Source: an uncultured Acidobacteriota bacterium
GTDB lineage: Bacteria > Acidobacteriota > Thermoanaerobaculia > Gp7-AA8
Assembly (NCBI GenBank): GCA_963822445.1
Contig: CAWGHO010000003.1
Span: 1,024,001-1,088,000, forward strand
Direction: 5' to 3'
Length of the DNA stretch: 64,000 nt
Shown: positions 47,330 through 56,672 of the stretch, piece by piece
Layout of the letters: the number at the start of each line of letters is the position of its first letter
Position numbering within the stretch: the stretch's first letter is position 1
Notes under the pieces: generated by a model
Told to the model about the DNA's origin: nothing
The model's input: only the letters and a program-made list of their open reading frames with translations
The model's database searches: none
Translations under genes and position numbers: made by a program

Positions 47330-48529
47330 TCACGGAAGGACGAACTCTCGCTCCGGATACTTCCGGAGCGAGACGATGTACTCGCGGACGCCGCCCACCA
47401 TCGCCACGGATGCCGTCCGCGCGGCAATCGCCTCCGAGAGGTAGCCGAGCGCGGTGATGGCGCGGGAGTTCAGTCCGGCGTTCGTGAACTCGAGGACGAC
47501 CTGCCGCGCCAGCGATTCCGCTTCGTGCGGTTCGCCGAGGGCCAGGCGGGCGTTGACGATTTCCAGCGCGCAGAGACCGGCTTCCTCGACCAAGCCATGC
47601 TCGAGGAACGTCCTGCGAACGGTCTTGAGGTGCGACACGGCGCGACGATACTCGCCGCGCCGCGAGAACAGAACGCCGCGAGCTCCCTCTGACCTCGCAG
47701 CCTGCACCGGCCAATCGAGCTCGCGGGCAAGCGCGACCGCTCGGTCGAGGTGCGACTCGGCGGCGGAGAAGTCGCTCAACTCAACGCTGATGTAGCCGAT
47801 GTCGTGATGCAGATGCGCCTCGGCCCGCCGATCGTCGAGCTCCTGCGCAACCTCCAGGAGCGCCGTGTACATCTCGCGGGCCTCGCGAAAGCGCTTCATC
47901 CGATGCAGCAGGCATCCTTCGGCGATCCCGCAACGAAGCGATCGCCGCGCGTCGCCATGCGCGCGGAACACGGCGCGGCATTCGGCGAGCAACTGCATCG
48001 ATTCTTCGAAGCGGCCCATCTCCTGTAGCGTCGTCGCGCGGACGAACCGGATGATGGCCAGGTCGTGGGCAAGCGTTCCGAACGAATTGAGGAGCGCGTC
48101 GGCTCGATCGAGCGCTTCCAGTGCTTCGTCGTGACGCGCGAGGTAGCACAGCGCCTGACCGCGATCCTTCCACGCATGAGCTCGAGCCTGCGCGACGACG
48201 ATCGGCGGATAAGTCATTGCCGGAATCGCGGCGGCGATGCTCGTGGCCAGCTCGGCGATGACCAGTGCTTCGCGCGGCTCGCGATCGAGTCGCGCTTCCA
48301 CTTCGCGGGCCAGAGCTTCGAGCGCGCCGACGGTATGGAGCGAGGCGCGCGACGCCAATGACGGCCATTCCTCGCGCGGCGTGTCGTTGAGTACGCGCGC
48401 GATGACGGTCGCGAAAGAATCCCGTTCCTCCTGAAGCCGCCTCGCCATCGTGGCGAACTCGCGCACGCGCACGGGATCGGGCAATCGTCGCGATCGTGAA
48501 AAGGGAACGAGCTTGCTCTCATCGGTCAC
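47330..48529 (-). CDS. Tetratricopeptide-repeat protein (399 aa)
   Basis: Serial TPR-like helices (AWKDRGQALCYLARHDEALEALDRA; LHHDIGYISVELSDFSAAESHLDRA); GTGA overlap with the ECF sigma stop. Confidence 0.88.
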   Translation of the reverse strand: MTDESKLVPFSRSRRLPDPVRVREFATMARRLQEERDSFATVIARVLNDTPREEWPSLASRASLHTVGALEALAREVEARLDREPREALVIAELATSIAAAIPAMTYPPIVVAQARAHAWKDRGQALCYLARHDEALEALDRADALLNSFGTLAHDLAIIRFVRATTLQEMGRFEESMQLLAECRAVFRAHGDARRSLRCGIAEGCLLHRMKRFREAREMYTALLEVAQELDDRRAEAHLHHDIGYISVELSDFSAAESHLDRAVALARELDWPVQAARSEGARGVLFSRRGEYRRAVSHLKTVRRTFLEHGLVEEAGLCALEIVNARLALGEPHEAESLARQVVLEFTNAGLNSRAITALGYLSEAIAARTASVAMVGGVREYIVSLRKYPEREFVLP

Positions 48530-49047
48530 TGCGCGCGTCCCTTCTCGCCGTAAAGCCGTTCGGCGCGGCGGAGACATTTCGTAATCAGCTTCTGCGCGTA
48601 CTTCGAGGTGACGCCGAGGGACTGGGCGATCTCGGGAACCGTGCAACCTTCGAAATAGCGCATGCGCAGCACCTCCTGACATCGCGGCGTCAGACACTCC
48701 AGCGCTTCGCGCGCGGCGAGCTGGTTGGGAAGACTGTCGAGGATGCGCAGCGATGCGGGATCGACTCGTTCGAGCTCGCTGTAATCGTCGGCGTCGATGA
48801 TCCGGCCATTGAGCCGCCAGTAATGCCGGCTGGCGTGACAGATCGCGCCGATGAGCCAGGAGCGGAGCTCGATGACGTCGTTGCTCTTGCGGAGATACGT
48901 GATCAGGACGTCGTGGACCAGCGTCTCCGCTTCCGAATCGGGCACCTGGAACTTGTAGGCCGCGATCTGGACGAGGAGGTCGAAGTACTGCTCGTAGATC
49001 GCCTCGAATTGCTGATCGTCGAGGCGCGGGCTCGTCTGAGGAGTCAT
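48526..49047 (-). CDS. ECF-family RNA polymerase sigma factor
   Basis: FEAIYEQY, EAETLVHDVL, RSWLIG, LTPRCQEVLRMRYFEGCTVPEIAQSLG; 173 aa from ATG 49047. Confidence 0.9.
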   Translation of the reverse strand: MTPQTSPRLDDQQFEAIYEQYFDLLVQIAAYKFQVPDSEAETLVHDVLITYLRKSNDVIELRSWLIGAICHASRHYWRLNGRIIDADDYSELERVDPASLRILDSLPNQLAAREALECLTPRCQEVLRMRYFEGCTVPEIAQSLGVTSKYAQKLITKCLRRAERLYGEKGRAQ

Positions 49048-49203
49048 GGTGACAATCGCTGGATTAATGGTCAACGTACCACAGTAAGGAGGTAGGTAAA
49101 CGTGGATTTCCGCACACTCCTTAATGAGGACACGCGAGTGACGCGCATAGGAGTCGGAAGGGGAGAAAACAGGAACGTTTACGCGCCATCGAAGGTCGTG
49201 CGC

Positions 49204-49440
49204 ATGCCTCGTGGCGACAATTCGATGGTCGCGCAATTCATCCGCTATCACGTCCTGATCCGTGTTTACGACGGTGACGCGGACGCATGGCTGACGCGAC
49301 TAAAGGAGCACGGCGGCGATGAAGGCGATGTGCGTTTCGTGCGCTGGATTCGTTCGCGCGTGCGCAAGGACCCGGCGTTGATGGGCGCGATCAGGAGAAT
49401 GGTGGAGGCGACGCCGTTCTGGAAGGTTGCGGAGGCATGA
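49204..49440 (+). CDS. Hypothetical protein (78 aa)
   Basis: Divergent from the ECF sigma; helical; start could be 49102, 49204 or 49225. Confidence 0.6.
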   Translation: MPRGDNSMVAQFIRYHVLIRVYDGDADAWLTRLKEHGGDEGDVRFVRWIRSRVRKDPALMGAIRRMVEATPFWKVAEA

Positions 49441-49455
49441 GATATTGCGCGGCTC

Positions 49456-50034
49456 ATGGAGTTCACCCTCAACCCCCGCGAGATCGGCTTCGTCCGCCTC
49501 GACTTCGCTGAGCTCTTCGGCAACAGCAATCCGGTGATTCTCGAGATCGGCTCGGGCAAGGGCCGCTTTCTCATCAGCACGGCCACTGAACGCCCGGACC
49601 TGAATCTGCTCGGGATCGAGAAATCGCTGCACTATCACCGCGTCATTCGCGATCGCGTCCTCAAGCGCAATCTGCAGAACATCCGGCTCATCAATCACGA
49701 CGCCTTTCTCGTGCTGCGGGACATGATCCCTGACGCCTCACTGGCCGAGATTCACGTCTACTTTCCCGACCCCTGGCCGCGCAAGAAGGAACAGAAGCGG
49801 CGGATCATCCGCTCGGAGGTGCTCGAGCAGTTCCGGCGCACGCTCGTCGACGGCGGATGGGGGATCTACGTGACCGATCACCGCGAGTACTACGAAGTCG
49901 CCGCGCCGCTGATCGAGCAGCATTTCCGCGCCGAGCGGCGCATCCCCGGCCCCGAAGACGTGCCCCGTACGAATTACGAGGCGAAGTACCGGGCCGAAGG
50001 GCGGGAGATTTATGAGGTCAGGTTTTGGAAGTGA
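49456..50034 (+). CDS. trmB: tRNA (guanine-N7)-methyltransferase
   Basis: LEIGSGKG, YFPDPWPRKK, TDHREY, TNYE. Confidence 0.95.
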   Translation: MEFTLNPREIGFVRLDFAELFGNSNPVILEIGSGKGRFLISTATERPDLNLLGIEKSLHYHRVIRDRVLKRNLQNIRLINHDAFLVLRDMIPDASLAEIHVYFPDPWPRKKEQKRRIIRSEVLEQFRRTLVDGGWGIYVTDHREYYEVAAPLIEQHFRAERRIPGPEDVPRTNYEAKYRAEGREIYEVRFWK

Positions 50035-50049
50035 CGGCATAATCCCTGA

Positions 50050-50550
50050 GTGCGCATTCTTGGAATCGACCCCGGCTCGGTTTCGACCGGCTTCGGCGTC
50101 ATCGACTACGAGCGCGGCCGTCTGACGCTCGTCGATCAGGGCTCGATCAACACGAAGCGCGGCGCGGACCTGGCCGAGCGTCTGGCGCACATTCACGAAG
50201 GGCTGAGCGCCGTCATCGCCCGCACGCAACCGGTCGCGGCCGCGGTTGAAACGCCGTTTGCCGGCCACAACGTGAAGAGCCTCATCCAGCTGTCCCATGC
50301 TCGTGGCGTGATCCTGCTCGCCGCCCGCACCGCCAATCTCGAGGTCTTCGAATACGCGCCGCGCTCGGTGAAGAGCGCGGTGGTCGGATACGGCGGCGCG
50401 GAGAAGGAGCAGGTGGCGAAGATGGTGCGGATGCTGCTCCCGGGATGCGCGACACTGAAGATGTCGGCGGACGCGTCCGATGCGCTGGCGATTGCCATCT
50501 GCCACGCGCACACGGCCGGGACCGCCGCGCGTCTCAAGATACGAGCATGA
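50050..50550 (+). CDS. ruvC: Holliday junction resolvase
   Basis: ILGIDPG, EYAPRSVKSAVVGYGGAEKEQV, DASDALAIAICH. Confidence 0.97.
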   Translation: MRILGIDPGSVSTGFGVIDYERGRLTLVDQGSINTKRGADLAERLAHIHEGLSAVIARTQPVAAAVETPFAGHNVKSLIQLSHARGVILLAARTANLEVFEYAPRSVKSAVVGYGGAEKEQVAKMVRMLLPGCATLKMSADASDALAIAICHAHTAGTAARLKIRA

Positions 50551-51842
50551 GTGCATCGCTGCCCGAGGAAGAAGAGCTAGAGAACCGCGCCCAGATCCCA
50601 ACGCCGCCGCGCGGGCCCATCGCGCGGACCTTCAGCGCACTCCACTACCGCGATTTCCGTCTGCTCTGGATCGGCGCGTTCACGTCGACAACCGGGACCT
50701 GGATGCAGACCGTGGCTCAGGGCTGGGTCGTCCTGACCATGACCAACTCCGCCTTCCTCCTCGGCGTCGACGGCTTTCTGTCGACCGGCCCGATGCTGGT
50801 CTTCTCGCTCTTCGGGGGCGTGGTCGCCGACCGCATCGAGCGCCGCAAGATCATGCTCTTCTCGCAGTACCTGCAGATGACCTTCGCGTTCATCCTCGCG
50901 GCGCTCATCTTTTCCGGCAACGTGAAGGTGTGGCACATCTTCCTGCTCTCGTTTCTGACCGGGAGCGCGCAGTCGTTCAGCGGACCGGCCTACATCTCGC
51001 TGCTGCCGCTGCTCGTCAAACGGGAAGACGTCTCCAACGCGATCGCGATGAACTCCATGCAGTTCAACCTCGCGCGCGTGGTCGGTCCGGTTCTCGCCGG
51101 CATCGCGCTGACCTCCCTCGGCGCCGCGGCCTGCTTCGGATTGAACGGCCTCTCCTTTCTCGCGGTCGTCGTCGCGCTGCTGTTGATCAAATCGCCGGTG
51201 ATGGACCGGCGGAGTGAGAAGCGGGGGATGGTCGAGGAGATGAAGGAAGGGTTCCGCTTCGTCGCCCGCCGGCCGACCCTGCAGCTGCTGACGTTTCTCG
51301 CGTTCGCGGGAACGTTCCTGGGGATGCCCATCATCACGTTCCTTCCCGTCGTGGCGAAGTCGATCTTCGGCCTCGGCGCGAAGGGCTACGCCTGGATGAT
51401 GACCACGTACGGCCTCGGATCGGTAACCGGTGCGCTGGTGATTGCCGCAACCGCGCATCTCCCGCGAAAGGGCGCTGTCGCGCTGAAGCTGCAGCTCGCG
51501 TTCGCCTGTCTGCTCGTGGCGTTCGCCTTCTCGCGTTCGCTGCCGCTCAGCCTCGTCATCTCCTTCTGCGCGGGCATCTGCATCGTCGGGGTGATCTCGC
51601 TGTACAGCTCCCTCGTTCAGCTGACCACGAGCGACGACATGCGCGGCCGGGTCATGTCCATCTTCATGCTCGCCTTCCGCGGCGGCATGCCCCTCGGCAA
51701 CCTGATCGCGGGCTTCGTGGCGGAGAAGTGGTCGATCTCGACCGCGCTCGCGGTAAACGGCGCGATTCTGGCGATGGTGGCCCTCTGGTTCATCGTGCGG
51801 GGGACGAAGCTGGATGCGGCGGCGGGGGGAGCGACGGCGTAG
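50547..51842 (+). CDS. MFS transporter (DHA3/MFS_3-like)
   Basis: DFRLLWIG, GTWMQ, GGVVADRIERRK, MRGRVMS; about 12 TM. Confidence 0.93.
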   Translation: MSASLPEEEELENRAQIPTPPRGPIARTFSALHYRDFRLLWIGAFTSTTGTWMQTVAQGWVVLTMTNSAFLLGVDGFLSTGPMLVFSLFGGVVADRIERRKIMLFSQYLQMTFAFILAALIFSGNVKVWHIFLLSFLTGSAQSFSGPAYISLLPLLVKREDVSNAIAMNSMQFNLARVVGPVLAGIALTSLGAAACFGLNGLSFLAVVVALLLIKSPVMDRRSEKRGMVEEMKEGFRFVARRPTLQLLTFLAFAGTFLGMPIITFLPVVAKSIFGLGAKGYAWMMTTYGLGSVTGALVIAATAHLPRKGAVALKLQLAFACLLVAFAFSRSLPLSLVISFCAGICIVGVISLYSSLVQLTTSDDMRGRVMSIFMLAFRGGMPLGNLIAGFVAEKWSISTALAVNGAILAMVALWFIVRGTKLDAAAGGATA

Positions 51843-51846
51843 GGAT

Positions 51847-51942
51847 GGAGCGCCGGCGTCCGCGCCGGCTGGTCCGCCGGCGTCCCGCCGGCATGAGGCC
51901 CGCGAGACGCGGGCGCAACAGCCGCCGCGACGGCGGCGCTCC
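51847..51942. repeat. REP-like cluster GGAGCGCC...GGCGCTCC with GC hairpins
   Basis: gccggcgtccgcgccggc, gccggcgtcccgccggc, cccgcgagacgcggg, gccgccgcgacggcggc. Confidence 0.75.
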
Positions 51943-52026
51943 TCACCTTCCCGCCTGCCAGTCCCCCGTCCTATACAATCCGCCCCCGCGCGGCCTGCAA
52001 TCTGCATTTCCCCGCGCGTGTCAGGA

Positions 52027-53079
52027 ATGCCAAAAGCCAAGAAAGAAAGCAGTTCCGCTGTCGCTGATCCCGCCTGTGCGCCGGAGTGGACCGATCTCCT
52101 CCGGCAGATGATCTTCATTCGGCGCTTCGAGGAAGCGACCGAAGCCGCGTTCCGGCGGGGCAAGATCGGCGGGTATCTTCACGTCTACATCGGCCAGGAA
52201 GCCATCGCCTCCGGCATCATCAGCGCGCTCAAACCGGGCGACGCCGTCTTCTGCGGCTATCGCGATCACGCCCAGGCCCTGGCCCTCGGATCCGACCCCG
52301 GAAAAGTCATGGCCGAGCTTTACGGCAAAGGCACCGGCGTCTCGAAGGGCAAGGGCGGCTCGATGCACCTCTTCGACGCCGAGCACGGCCTGTACGGCGG
52401 CTACGGCATCGTCGGCGGACATCTGACCCTCGCCGCGGGCGCCGCGTATTCATTGCGCTATCAGGACACCGATCGAATCGCGGTCTGCTACTTCGGCGAC
52501 GGGGCGATGAACATCGGCTCGTTCCACGAGGCCATGAACATGGCCGGTCTGTGGGGACATTCGGGCATGTGCCCGACGCTGTTCATCATCGAGAACAACG
52601 GCTACGCGATGGGCACCTCGATCGAGCGCCATTCCGCGCTCACCGATCTCGCCGCACGCGTTCGCGCCTACGACATTCAGACGGAGAAGGTCGACGGCCA
52701 GGACATCTTCGCGGTGCGCGGCGCGGCCGATCGCATCGTCCGCCAGATTCGCGAGACCGGAAAACCGTACTGCCTCGAGGTGATCACGTATCGCTTCTCG
52801 GGCCACGGCGCGGCGGACATCCTGCAACCCTATCGATCGAAGGAAGAAGTCGAAAAACAGAAGAATCGCGACCCGATCACCATCCTCCGCAACCGTCTCT
52901 CCGAAGTCTGCGGGCTCGGCGAAGACGACGTGAAGGCGATGGAAGACGAGGCCGCGGAGATGGTCGCGGCCGCGGTGAAGTTCGCCGAGGAAAGTCCGGT
53001 GCCGGCGCCTGAAGAGTTGTTTGCCGACGTCGTTGCGGAGCATGGCCCACGGCCGATGAGTGAGAGTGAGCATGAGTGA
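52027..53079 (+). CDS. pdhA: Pyruvate dehydrogenase E1 alpha
   Basis: GYLHVYIGQEA, GKGGSMH, GDGA..N TPP motif, TYRFSGH. Confidence 0.95.
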   Translation: MPKAKKESSSAVADPACAPEWTDLLRQMIFIRRFEEATEAAFRRGKIGGYLHVYIGQEAIASGIISALKPGDAVFCGYRDHAQALALGSDPGKVMAELYGKGTGVSKGKGGSMHLFDAEHGLYGGYGIVGGHLTLAAGAAYSLRYQDTDRIAVCYFGDGAMNIGSFHEAMNMAGLWGHSGMCPTLFIIENNGYAMGTSIERHSALTDLAARVRAYDIQTEKVDGQDIFAVRGAADRIVRQIRETGKPYCLEVITYRFSGHGAADILQPYRSKEEVEKQKNRDPITILRNRLSEVCGLGEDDVKAMEDEAAEMVAAAVKFAEESPVPAPEELFADVVAEHGPRPMSESEHE

Positions 53080-54061
53080 GAAGTCGTACCGCGACGCGAT
53101 TCGCGAAGCGATGATGGAGGAGATGGACCGCGACCCGAACGTCCTGATCATGGGTGAGGACATCGGCGTCTACGAAGGCACCTTCCGCATCACCGCGGGC
53201 ATGTTGAAAAAATACGGACCGAAGCGGGTCATCGACACGCCGATCGCCGAAGCGGGCATGGTCGGCACAGCGGTGGGAATGGCCATGCTCGGACTTCGGC
53301 CGATCGTCGAGATGATGACCGTCAACTTCTCGATCGTCGCCGCCGACCAGATCGTCAATCACGCGGCGAAGATCCGCTACTTCTCCGGCGGGCAGGTCGA
53401 CATCCCCGTCGTCGTCCGCGGACCGCAGGGCGCGGGCGTGCAGTTGTCCGCGCAGCACTCGCAGTCGTTCGAGTCGTTTTACGGACACTTCCCGGGCATT
53501 CACGTCGTCGCGCCGGCAACGCCCGCGGACGCGAAGGGCATGCTCAAGACCGCGATCCGCGGCAAGGATCCGGTGATGTTCCTCGAGAGCGCGGCGCTCT
53601 ACGGGATGAAAGGCGAAGTGCCGGACGATCCCGATTTCACGGTGCCGTTCGGCAAGTCGCGCGTGGCGCGCGAAGGCAGCGACGTCACCATCGTCTCGTA
53701 CAGCCGCATGCTCCAGCTCTCGCTGATCGTCGCTGACAAGCTTTCGAAAGAGGAAGGCATCGAGTGCGAGGTCATCGACCTCCGCTCCCTCCGTCCGCTG
53801 GACATGGATCCGGTTTACGCATCGGTGTCGAAGACGCATCGCGCGGTGGTCGTGCAGGAGCAGTGGAAGCTGTACGGCGCGGCCGCGGAGATCGCGGCGA
53901 GCATCACCGAGGCGATGTTCGACGAGCTCGATGCGCCGGTAGCGCGCGTGACTGGCGAGGATGTGCCGATGCCCTACGCGCGCAATCTGGAGCTGCTGGC
54001 GACGCCGCATGAAGAGCACATCGCGCGAGCGGTCAAGAAAGTGATGTACGCGAATGGCTGA
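53072..54061 (+). CDS. pdhB: Pyruvate dehydrogenase E1 beta
   Basis: MGEDIG, DTPIAE, AQHSQ, IDLRSLRPLD, DVPMPYA. Confidence 0.95.
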   Translation: MSEKSYRDAIREAMMEEMDRDPNVLIMGEDIGVYEGTFRITAGMLKKYGPKRVIDTPIAEAGMVGTAVGMAMLGLRPIVEMMTVNFSIVAADQIVNHAAKIRYFSGGQVDIPVVVRGPQGAGVQLSAQHSQSFESFYGHFPGIHVVAPATPADAKGMLKTAIRGKDPVMFLESAALYGMKGEVPDDPDFTVPFGKSRVAREGSDVTIVSYSRMLQLSLIVADKLSKEEGIECEVIDLRSLRPLDMDPVYASVSKTHRAVVVQEQWKLYGAAAEIAASITEAMFDELDAPVARVTGEDVPMPYARNLELLATPHEEHIARAVKKVMYANG

Positions 54062-55352
54062 AATCATCATGCCGAAGATGGGCGACGCGATGACCGAGGG
54101 GAAGGTCGTCCGCTGGTACAAACAGCCGGGCGATGCGGTCAAGAAAGGGGAGGCCGTCGCGGAGATCGAGACCGACAAGGTAAACCTCGATCTCGAAGCC
54201 GAAGGCTCCGGAACCCTCGGCGAGCACGCCGCCAAAGAAGGGGAAGTCGTGCAGGTCGGCGGCCTCCTGGCGAACATCCTCGCCGAGGGCGAAAAGGATG
54301 CGCCGCGCGAAGAAAAGGCCGCGCCTGCGCCTGCGCCCGAAAAGAAAGAAGAGTCCGCGGCGGACTCGCAGCAGCGACGCTCCACCGACAAGAAAGACAG
54401 CGTCAAGCACACCACCGGCGAGTATCACGAGGCCATCGAACAGAAAGGCCCGCGGCGCGATCGCACCGCACCCGAGCCGGAATCGAACGTCGTCCCCATG
54501 GAGTCCGAAGGCGGACGCCGCCGGTCATCACCGCTCGCGCGAAAGATGGCCAGCGAGATGGGTGTGAGTCTCGACAAGGTCCAGGGCAGCGGACCGCGTG
54601 GCCGGATCGTCGCGGCAGACGTCAAGAACAGCCGCAACGTAGAGCAGACACTCATGTCTGCGCCTTCGGCTGAAACGAAGATCATCCCGCTCACGGCGAT
54701 GCGCCGCACGATCGCCAAGCGCCTCGCCGAGTCAACCGGACCGATCCCGCATTTCTACCTGACCGCCGACTACGACGTGACCAACCTCGTCTCCGCGCGG
54801 CAGCAGGTGATTGACATCAGCGGCTCGAAAGTGAGCCTGAACGATTTTGTGGTGCGCGCGGTCGCGCTGGCGCTGCGTCATCACCCGAACGTCAACGCCT
54901 CGTGGGGTGAAGACGCGATCACGCAGCATGGCGACGTGCATGTCGGCATCGCCGTGGCCACGCCGGACGGCTTGATCACGCCGGTGATCCGCAACGCCGA
55001 TCAGAAATCCGTCGTCGACATCGCCGCGGAGATCCGCGCGCTCGCCGACAAGGCCAAGAACCGCAAGCTCAAGCCGGACGAATACCAGGGCAGCACCTTC
55101 ACCATCTCCAACCTCGGCGCCTGGGGCATCGAGGAATTCACGGCGATCATCAATCCGCCGAACGCGGCGATCCTGGCCATCGGAGCCGCGGAAGCCCGTC
55201 CGGTTGCGGATGCGAACCGGCAGATCGTGATCCGGGACCGGATGAAAGTGACCATGTCCTGCGATCACCGCATCGTCGACGGCGCGGCCGGCGCGGAGTT
55301 TCTCAAAACGTTGCGGCAGTACATCGAGCAGCCGCTGCGGCTGTTGATGTGA
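54054..55352 (+). CDS. pdhC: Dihydrolipoamide acetyltransferase E2
   Basis: Lipoyl ETDKV, E3-binding SPLARK..GSGPRGRI, catalytic DHRIVDG. Confidence 0.95.
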   Translation: MAEIIMPKMGDAMTEGKVVRWYKQPGDAVKKGEAVAEIETDKVNLDLEAEGSGTLGEHAAKEGEVVQVGGLLANILAEGEKDAPREEKAAPAPAPEKKEESAADSQQRRSTDKKDSVKHTTGEYHEAIEQKGPRRDRTAPEPESNVVPMESEGGRRRSSPLARKMASEMGVSLDKVQGSGPRGRIVAADVKNSRNVEQTLMSAPSAETKIIPLTAMRRTIAKRLAESTGPIPHFYLTADYDVTNLVSARQQVIDISGSKVSLNDFVVRAVALALRHHPNVNASWGEDAITQHGDVHVGIAVATPDGLITPVIRNADQKSVVDIAAEIRALADKAKNRKLKPDEYQGSTFTISNLGAWGIEEFTAIINPPNAAILAIGAAEARPVADANRQIVIRDRMKVTMSCDHRIVDGAAGAEFLKTLRQYIEQPLRLLM

Positions 55353-55389
55353 ATTCGGGCATACTGGCCGTCCGAAAGGATTCCCCAAT

Positions 55390-56478
55390 TTGAAACTCGC
55401 GGTCACCATCGCCGCACTCTTCCTCTCCATCCTCCCGGCCCTCCCCGCTGACGCCTACTGCACGCTCAATCTGCGCTACCAGAACGGCTCGCTCGTCTGG
55501 GATCGCGTGGAGGGAACCACGGAGTACTGGGTGCTCGAGGCTTTTGGCGATCCGATCGTCTACCGCCACTACAACGTCCGCGGCACGGCGATGGCTGTCG
55601 CGCATCGATCGAGCGCCGGGACGAACGTGCGTTACACGGTCACAGCGGTGCTGCCGATCGGTGTCCGCGGTCTTGTCGAGGAAGAGCCGCCGCCGCTGAC
55701 CGGAGAAGGAACGGATGCCTGCGCGGCGACGATCACCGTGCCGATGCCCGCGGATCCCGCATTCCGGAAACTCACGCGCCGGGCCATCCTTCCGGTGGTC
55801 GGATCGACGCCGGGCTCGTTCGGCGGAAAGTTCAAGACCTCATTGATCCTCAGGCCGTTCGCGTCGAACCAGCGCGGGCGGCTGATCTTTCATTCCGCGG
55901 GACAGGTCGCGTCGGATTCCGATCCATCGATCCCGTATTCGTTCGATACCGGAGTCGCGCTGGCGTTCGATGACGTCGTCGCGGCGATCGGGCAGAGCGG
56001 CATCGGCTCGCTGGACATCGTCCCCGACGAGGATGCCTCGTCGTTCGTCCCGAGCATCGAAGCCCGTCTCTACAACGACACGTCGATCGGCACGTTCGGC
56101 ACGCTCGCGGCGGCAACGTATCCCTTCGACTATCTCCGGCCGCCGGCGATGGAGGTGGTGATTCCGGAGAACGACCGCTCGCGAGTCAACATCGGCTTCC
56201 GGACGCTGACCGAGACGAAGATGCGGATTTTCGTCTACGCTCCCGACCTCAGGCTGTTGTCATTTCACGACGTGACCTACCCCGCGGGCTGGATGCAGAT
56301 GACCTCCGCGAACGACTTCGCCGGCAAGACGCTGACGAAGGGGCAGGTCGTGCAGGTGCAGTTCACCGGTTCGGTCATTCCTTTCTACACGGTGACCGAG
56401 AACTCGACGAATGATCCGACGCTGATCGTGGTGTCGCCGAGGAGCTCTTCGAAGAATGTCGGCTCGTACGTGGATTAG
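55390..56478 (+). CDS. Secreted hypothetical protein
   Basis: Signal peptide ...PADA; ILPVVGSTPGSFGGKFKTSL, RVNIG, NSTNDP beta-rich modules. Confidence 0.8.
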   Translation: MKLAVTIAALFLSILPALPADAYCTLNLRYQNGSLVWDRVEGTTEYWVLEAFGDPIVYRHYNVRGTAMAVAHRSSAGTNVRYTVTAVLPIGVRGLVEEEPPPLTGEGTDACAATITVPMPADPAFRKLTRRAILPVVGSTPGSFGGKFKTSLILRPFASNQRGRLIFHSAGQVASDSDPSIPYSFDTGVALAFDDVVAAIGQSGIGSLDIVPDEDASSFVPSIEARLYNDTSIGTFGTLAAATYPFDYLRPPAMEVVIPENDRSRVNIGFRTLTETKMRIFVYAPDLRLLSFHDVTYPAGWMQMTSANDFAGKTLTKGQVVQVQFTGSVIPFYTVTENSTNDPTLIVVSPRSSSKNVGSYVD

Positions 56479-56515
56479 TTGGCCGATATCCTTGTTACAC
56501 TAGCCGCATCCCCGA

Positions 56516-56668
56516 ATGCCGAGCACCCACGAGCTCCTCATTCTTCTCGTCGCCATCTTCGCAATCTGGATTGTGCTGAAGCTGGCGCGCATCGCGATCC
56601 GGGTGATTTTCTTCTTCATCACGATCGCGGTCGTATTGGGTGTGCTCTGGTTCGTCTTCGCGAGGTGA
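56516..56668 (+). CDS. 50-aa membrane microprotein (not in the ORF track)
   Basis: MPSTHELLILLVAIFAIWIVLKLARIAIRVIFFFITIAVVLGVLWFVFAR; two hydrophobic helices; GC-rich third positions; TACACT upstream. Confidence 0.75.
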   Translation: MPSTHELLILLVAIFAIWIVLKLARIAIRVIFFFITIAVVLGVLWFVFAR

Positions 56669-56672
56669 CTGG

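Noticed and set aside
47330-49251. ORF-track starts 48697 (TPR) and 49251 (ECF sigma)
   Set aside because: These extensions overlap neighbouring genes and read as non-coding-like; starts 48529 and 49047 fit better. The same applies to track starts 2330, 11555, 22361, 27324, 30004, 40067, 51814 and 59848
50050-55352. ruvC without ruvAB and pdhABC without lpdA as anomalies
   Set aside because: These partners are often encoded elsewhere on the chromosome; this cannot be judged from one window
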